Shown here: piece after piece, positions 59,922-64,000 of the stretch | Numbering within the stretch: position 1 is the first letter of the stretch | Layout: the number at the start of each line of letters is the position of its first letter | NCBI GenBank assembly: GCA_964387595.1 | Contig: CAYLYF010000005.1 | Location: 2,220-66,219, forward strand | Length of the DNA stretch: 64,000 bases | Direction of reading: 5' to 3' | Source of the DNA: an uncultured Thermodesulfobacteriota bacterium | GTDB taxonomy: Bacteria > Desulfobacterota > WTBG01 > CAIYCZ01 > CAIRTM01 | The notes under the pieces: model-generated | What the model was told of the DNA's origin: nothing | What the model saw: only the letters and a program-made list of their open reading frames with translations | Databases searched by the model: none | Position numbers and translations under genes: made by a program

Positions 59922-60582
59922 ATCCGCTTCCTGTCATTACAATATGAAATTTAATTTCGACTTCATTTGAAGTCCTGAAAAAAAGTAAAGATGGATTTTT
60001 AATCTCATAATCCTGTAAGAACAGACTCAATTCTCCATCCAGAATTATTCTGCCGGCACTGGTACTTAATTTACCTAGGATTGAAACTGTTTTTTTTACG
60101 CCGTGAATCGTCAGATCACCGTTGATATTTAACAGGGTAAATAAATCAGGATCAGAACGCTCATTTACATTAAATGGTTTTTCAGAAGCAAAGGATAAAA
60201 GATCAAAAGTAATATCAGGATATTTTTTAACATGTAAAAACTTCTTTTTCATCCTCTTATCACGGGCTTTATCCTTTGTATCCAAAGCCTTTGCGTCAAT
60301 TCTTATACTGCTGTCCGCATTTAAAAGATCACCGGTTTTAGAAAAAAAGGCAGAGACCGATCCTTCAATTTTTTCAGGGCTGCCTAAAGTATCATGGACA
60401 TTACCCTTTAGAAAAAAAGTAAGCCATGAAGTTTCATTGTCTATCTGCAGAGTTACTTTTCGAGGGATATTTACAGACGCGGCCGCAGACTTTAGTTTCT
60501 GCGCGGAAAGTCCGGCAGGAACTAATAAACAGAGTAAAAGAATTGCGGATAGTTTAATTTTGCATATTAAATTGTTATTCAT
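59914..60582 (-). CDS. YceI-family lipid/isoprenoid-binding protein
   Basis: Signal peptide; IDAKALDTK..RDKRM, KYPDITF, GDLTIHGVKK, DYEI. Confidence 0.9.
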   Translation of the reverse strand: MNNNLICKIKLSAILLLCLLVPAGLSAQKLKSAAASVNIPRKVTLQIDNETSWLTFFLKGNVHDTLGSPEKIEGSVSAFFSKTGDLLNADSSIRIDAKALDTKDKARDKRMKKKFLHVKKYPDITFDLLSFASEKPFNVNERSDPDLFTLLNINGDLTIHGVKKTVSILGKLSTSAGRIILDGELSLFLQDYEIKNPSLLFFRTSNEVEIKFHIVMTGSGFE

Positions 60583-60605
60583 ATTATACCAATACAATTT
60601 TATGA

Positions 60606-60920
60606 TTAATTTGTCACTGCAAATCTTTTTCTATCATTTAATTCACCGCGTTTACCCGGGTTCCAGCTGCTGGTCTTGGTAAAATAACCGGTTATCCGGG
60701 TGATTCCTTCAACCAGCAGTCCCCTGTTAATCTCCTGCATAAGATCATCAGATGACATCTCATCGATCTTCCAGTATTTTATTGCAGTTTTCCTGTTTTC
60801 ATCATTACGGTACCATTCAACATGGATATTTCTAAAACATAACTGCTCATTTTCAATATCATCAAACCATTCAACACTAGTATTATCTTCTAAAAAATTA
60901 TTAAGTTCCTGTTTAGTCAT
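60606..60920 (-). CDS. Stand-alone NrdD-type C-terminal glycyl-radical domain protein
   Basis: 104 aa ending ITRITGYFTKTSSWNPGKRGELNDR, the class III ribonucleotide reductase glycyl-radical motif. Confidence 0.75.
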   Translation of the reverse strand: MTKQELNNFLEDNTSVEWFDDIENEQLCFRNIHVEWYRNDENRKTAIKYWKIDEMSSDDLMQEINRGLLVEGITRITGYFTKTSSWNPGKRGELNDRKRFAVTN

Positions 60921-60975
60921 GATGTCCTCCTCTTTGAAATTATTATTTATTCTTTCCTACAATCAAGCAAAATTT

Positions 60976-61392
60976 TTAAATGCAGTCTATACAGACACCA
61001 TTTAACTGAATCTGATCTGTAAAAACAGTCGCAATCTTAAACCCCTCCGGAATTTTGATCTCAGGCAGCATGACATCATGTAAATCGATTATTTTTTTAC
61101 ATTTAACACATATAAAATGATGATGCGGTGCAGCATTACCATCAAACCTACCCAGATTTGTAAGATTATTTATTTTCTGTATAATGCCGTACTTCACAAA
61201 AGTCTCCAGATTCAAATAAATAGTATTCATTGAAAGACTGGGATAATCCTCTTTAAGATTTTTATAGATCAGGTCAGCACCGGGATGATCTGTACGCGAC
61301 ATCAACTCTTTTAAAATTGCTATTCTCTGAGTTGTGGGTTTTAGCCCTGTTCCCCTGATTTTTTCAGCAATTTGATGATTTGTTAATTTCAT
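60976..61392 (-). CDS. perR: Fur-family regulator, PerR-like
   Basis: QRIAIL, HPGADLIY, RFDGN..HHHFICVKC..IID, CIDC. Confidence 0.75.
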   Translation of the reverse strand: MKLTNHQIAEKIRGTGLKPTTQRIAILKELMSRTDHPGADLIYKNLKEDYPSLSMNTIYLNLETFVKYGIIQKINNLTNLGRFDGNAAPHHHFICVKCKKIIDLHDVMLPEIKIPEGFKIATVFTDQIQLNGVCIDCI

Positions 61393-61407
61393 ATTACCTC
61401 CTTATAA

Positions 61408-61422
61408 TAGTATTTATTACTA
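61408..61422. promoter_or_regulatory. Candidate autoregulatory Fur/PerR-type palindrome
   Basis: TAGTA-TTTAT-TACTA, lying between a TTGACA -35 (minus strand, 61434-61439) and the GGAGG RBS of the PerR-like gene. Confidence 0.4.
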
Positions 61423-61685
61423 ATTAGGAAACATGTCAAGTTTTTTTACAGATATTGTGTTTTTTTATTTGCCATTACAACATCTGGTAGAAATTGACAA
61501 TCATAATCCTTTTAAAAATATAAAGGGAATATAAAGTAATATACCTATAAAATATAATTTGTAGCCATTTTAACAGTGACAAAGAAGACCGTAGCGGGAA
61601 ACATAAAAATGATTAAATCCTGAATAAACCATACATAATTTATAAAATCCGGAGTTAAGCTGGAAATTCTCATATTTAATTTGAA

Positions 61686-62412
61686 TTATAAAATTGACTT
61701 AATCAGACATGCGTCTTCCTTGATCCATCCCCAATCACAGAGTTTATTAAACGCCTGTTCGATCATTCCCCCCGGCTTTGACGTCAGCGCCGACAACCCG
61801 CTGGTCAGGGTGCTCGTAAAATGAGCCCAAAAAAAGTGCCGTGCGCCATTCCTCCCTCAGATCGGGTAAGTCCGTACAGTGATTATCCTGATTATCGCAG
61901 ATTACGCGGGCACGGTTATCATTCGAATCCTTTTGGTAGTAAGCGACGTCAATATTGTACCCGTTAGTATGGGTCCCGGCCGGATGTCCTAGAAGACTTA
62001 TTGCCGGGTATAGCTCCGCTCATGTCGATCAATCCAAGAGGGCCACCGTTTTCATACGACCAGTTCTCAGCCAGACAGGCAACCCTGGCGGTTGCGTACT
62101 TGATCAGGTAAAAGGTGTCCCGCCGCAACCAGCTTTGAAATTAATTATTTTTGGTCTCTCCATTTTCCGGGAAGTTAGAAGAGCCATATCTGTAAGAGGG
62201 CCGAACTGGATCAGCTCAATACAGTTATCAATCTCGGGGTCACATAGAAGCTGCGGCAGATCGCATTCAGCTTCTACGTCCAGAGGAGCCGGGCCCTGAC
62301 TCAGCAGGTACTTCAAGGCTGCAATACCCGTTAGTCCAGCATACCTGGCCGTCGGGGCAGGAGCCCTCAGCGCAGGGTTGCGGGTCGCATAAAACGAAGA
62401 AGATGGAGACAA
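61686..62412 (-). pseudogene. Pseudogene of a secreted protein with a murein endopeptidase-like H-x-x-G-x-H..D motif
   Basis: Pieces across frames: CIELIQFGP / FPENGETKNN*FQSWLRRDTFYLIKYATARVACLAENWSYENGGPLGLIDMS / GHPAGTHTNGYNIDVAYYQ..WRTALFLG / MIEQAFNKLCDWGW. Several frameshifts and a stop. Confidence 0.6.
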
Positions 62413-62491
62413 AGATGATTTTTATTTTAAACAATCACCCCTTAGATGAGCAATTCGCATTGCTTCATTCTAAAAACAAGCATAGTTAAAA

Positions 62492-63127
62492 TTACCTGAT
62501 AAAATTGGTCAAGATTTTGTCAACCGGCTCAGGGGCGGGGTATTGCTCCTTTCCGTACTCGATAACCTTCATGACCCATGCCATATTTTTGCCTAAAACC
62601 GCCATGATCTGTTTACCTTCACCATCCTGCTCCATTTCCCCGGGCTTAAGGCCATGGGCCACATTCCAGTAGTTTGAAGAGGGCATGATCATCTCGGAGT
62701 AGTTGATATAATGATTAAGGGAGTCAACCGTGGGAATCCCTCCGGATCGCCTGACAGCGGCAACAGCGGCGCCAACTTTGTTCCGGAATAAGCCGCCGTT
62801 AGACGAAGAAACGAAAAAGGCTCTGTCAAGAAAGGATTTCATTGTACCTGCAACACCGGAAAAATGGACAGGGGAAGCAAGTAGAATGCCGTCGGCTTCC
62901 TTCATCTTCTGAATCCATTCATTAACGGGATCGTCTTTTATGGAACAAGCTTCATTTTGCTTTTTTGCACAGCCGTAACAGGCAATGCATCCCTGTATCT
63001 TTTCTTTGCCGACATGGATCATCTCCGTCTCAATATCGGAATTTTTCAGCTCATCAAAAACCATATTCAATGCACATACCGTATTTCCATTTTTATTGGG
63101 GCTGCCATTAAACCCAACAACTTTCAT
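62492..63127 (-). CDS. Iron-sulfur flavoprotein (Isf) / flavodoxin-fold NADPH-dependent FMN reductase
   Basis: FNGSPNKNGNT, CIACYGC..ACSIKDD, ASPVHFS, RRSGG, YWNV. Confidence 0.9.
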   Translation of the reverse strand: MKVVGFNGSPNKNGNTVCALNMVFDELKNSDIETEMIHVGKEKIQGCIACYGCAKKQNEACSIKDDPVNEWIQKMKEADGILLASPVHFSGVAGTMKSFLDRAFFVSSSNGGLFRNKVGAAVAAVRRSGGIPTVDSLNHYINYSEMIMPSSNYWNVAHGLKPGEMEQDGEGKQIMAVLGKNMAWVMKVIEYGKEQYPAPEPVDKILTNFIR

Positions 63128-63229
63128 GTTTATTCTCCTTTTTTGTGATTTATATTCATTATTCTTCTCCGGTTACGATATGCGGTTTATCCACGACTTC
63201 AAGCCAATACCGTTATTCCCGCTGCCGGA

Positions 63230-64000
63230 TCAATTTCCGTTGTCAATATTTTTGATTACACTGTAATCAACTTTGGTTTTTTTCGGCGGAATACCGCTCT
63301 CGCAGGGCATACCGCACTGGCATTTGCCGCACCCGTAATAAGACGGATGCTGTTCATTTACCTTTTCTAAAAATTTGTAGCAGGGTACATGCGCCTTGCC
63401 GTTTTTGTTTATGGCGTCCGCAGGACACGCCCTCTGGCAGGTGCCGCACAGTAAACAGTTATCGTAGAGCCCAGTGTATTCCCGTTCATCCGCTACCAAT
63501 TCAATATCTGTAATAATCGAACAAAAACGCCCCGCTATGCCTTTTTGTGTGATAATTGCGCGGTTCAGACTGAACGTTCCCAGCCCCGCTATGTATGCCG
63601 CATGACGCTCCGACCAGTTGCTGTATTTTTTGGGTTCTGGGTAGACCTTAAAACGTTCGTCCGCAACAGGAACCAAAGCCTGTGCTCCCTTTAAGCGCAG
63701 GTACTCCGCCAACGCCTGTGCCGCTGCAACGACGTATGCCTGTCCTTCAATTCTGCCGTGCAGCCACTTATGGCTGGGCATATTGCCCCCCGAATTGCTG
63801 TCTTTGATGTGCTGTGTAAAAGGATTAAATATGGATATAACGCTTTTTGCACCGTCCATCCACTCAGACGGCAGCATATAGTTTTCGCCCACAACTTCAG
63901 GCTTTTTGTATTTTTCATATATCTCATCCTGAGCCGACGACACTCCCACCAGCGGCCACTCGAAAATACGAATTTCTGCGCATTCAGGCATAAGGGCCAT
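63230..64000 (-). CDS. Epoxyqueuosine reductase (QueG)-like cobalamin/2x[4Fe-4S] protein; N-terminus probably beyond the window edge
   Basis: WSERHAAYIAGLGTF, GRFCSIITD, CLLCGTCQRACP, CGKCQCGMPC. ORF runs to position 64000. Confidence 0.75.
   Translation of the reverse strand: MALMPECAEIRIFEWPLVGVSSAQDEIYEKYKKPEVVGENYMLPSEWMDGAKSVISIFNPFTQHIKDSNSGGNMPSHKWLHGRIEGQAYVVAAAQALAEYLRLKGAQALVPVADERFKVYPEPKKYSNWSERHAAYIAGLGTFSLNRAIITQKGIAGRFCSIITDIELVADEREYTGLYDNCLLCGTCQRACPADAINKNGKAHVPCYKFLEKVNEQHPSYYGCGKCQCGMPCESGIPPKKTKVDYSVIKNIDNGN

Noticed and set aside
92-63927. Many 60-240 aa ORFs antisense or out of frame to real genes (e.g. 1750-2427, 6696-7427, 10285-10767, 37373-37810, 60122-60682)
   Set aside because: They overlap well-supported CDSs on the other strand or frame and carry no recognisable motifs; treated as shadow ORFs.
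1-64000. CRISPR arrays, tRNA, rRNA, riboswitches, intact transposases or integrases
   Set aside because: No regularly spaced direct repeats, cloverleaf or rRNA signatures, or DDE/Y1/tyrosine recombinase ORFs were recognised by eye. An Infernal/tRNAscan run would be needed to exclude divergent RNAs.

Overview
A 64 kb, moderately AT-rich chromosomal segment. The gene set (korDABC, hcp with a Crp/Fnr regulator, nifU-nifS, DUF6178-like protein, long-N-terminus RecG) suggests an anaerobic deltaproteobacterium (Desulfobacterota-like); this assignment is inferred. I found no rRNA, tRNA, CRISPR array or intact transposase. Layout: (1) 31-19016 is a co-oriented minus-strand redox/catabolic island. It holds two VAO/PCMH(GlcD)-type FAD oxidoreductases, a CCG-domain Fe-S protein, an MFS transporter, three paralogous GGR/FixC-like flavoproteins, two small ferredoxins (one missed by the ORF track), an apparently rearranged ferrochelatase-like lipoprotein, a NuoE/NuoF/NuoG-stub (HydCBA/BamGHI-like) module with no catalytic subunit, PorD plus a PorB that has lost its TPP motif, and twin divergent PadR genes. 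(2) 19-21 kb is a decaying zone (two PNPOx-family pseudogenes around an intact one, an HDOD pseudogene), followed by a Pif1-WYL helicase. (3) 23-47 kb is mostly housekeeping: rpsU, BI-1/YccA, korDABC, tandem SDRs, nitroreductase, recG, a beta-propeller lipoprotein, ABC/transglutaminase, ihfB, PLD, yacG and glgA (with a G10 tract). (4) 47-57 kb has a frameshifted fliL, two lipoproteins, and the hcp and nifU-nifS-MOSC-hcpR-like divergon with a perfect TTGAC-N4-GTCAA site. (5) 57-64 kb has a PerR-like regulator, a stand-alone NrdD-type glycyl-radical domain, YceI, an MMPL transporter and a class I isoprenoid synthase-like gene, then a pseudogene, an Isf-type flavoprotein and a truncated QueG-like gene. 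The strongest candidates for undescribed systems are the catalytic-subunit-less bifurcating-type module linked to the flavoprotein reductases, the rearranged chelatase-fold lipoprotein, and the PerR-linked glycyl-radical 'spare part' / YceI-MMPL-isoprenoid operon. All functional calls come from motif recognition by eye; no database searches were run.
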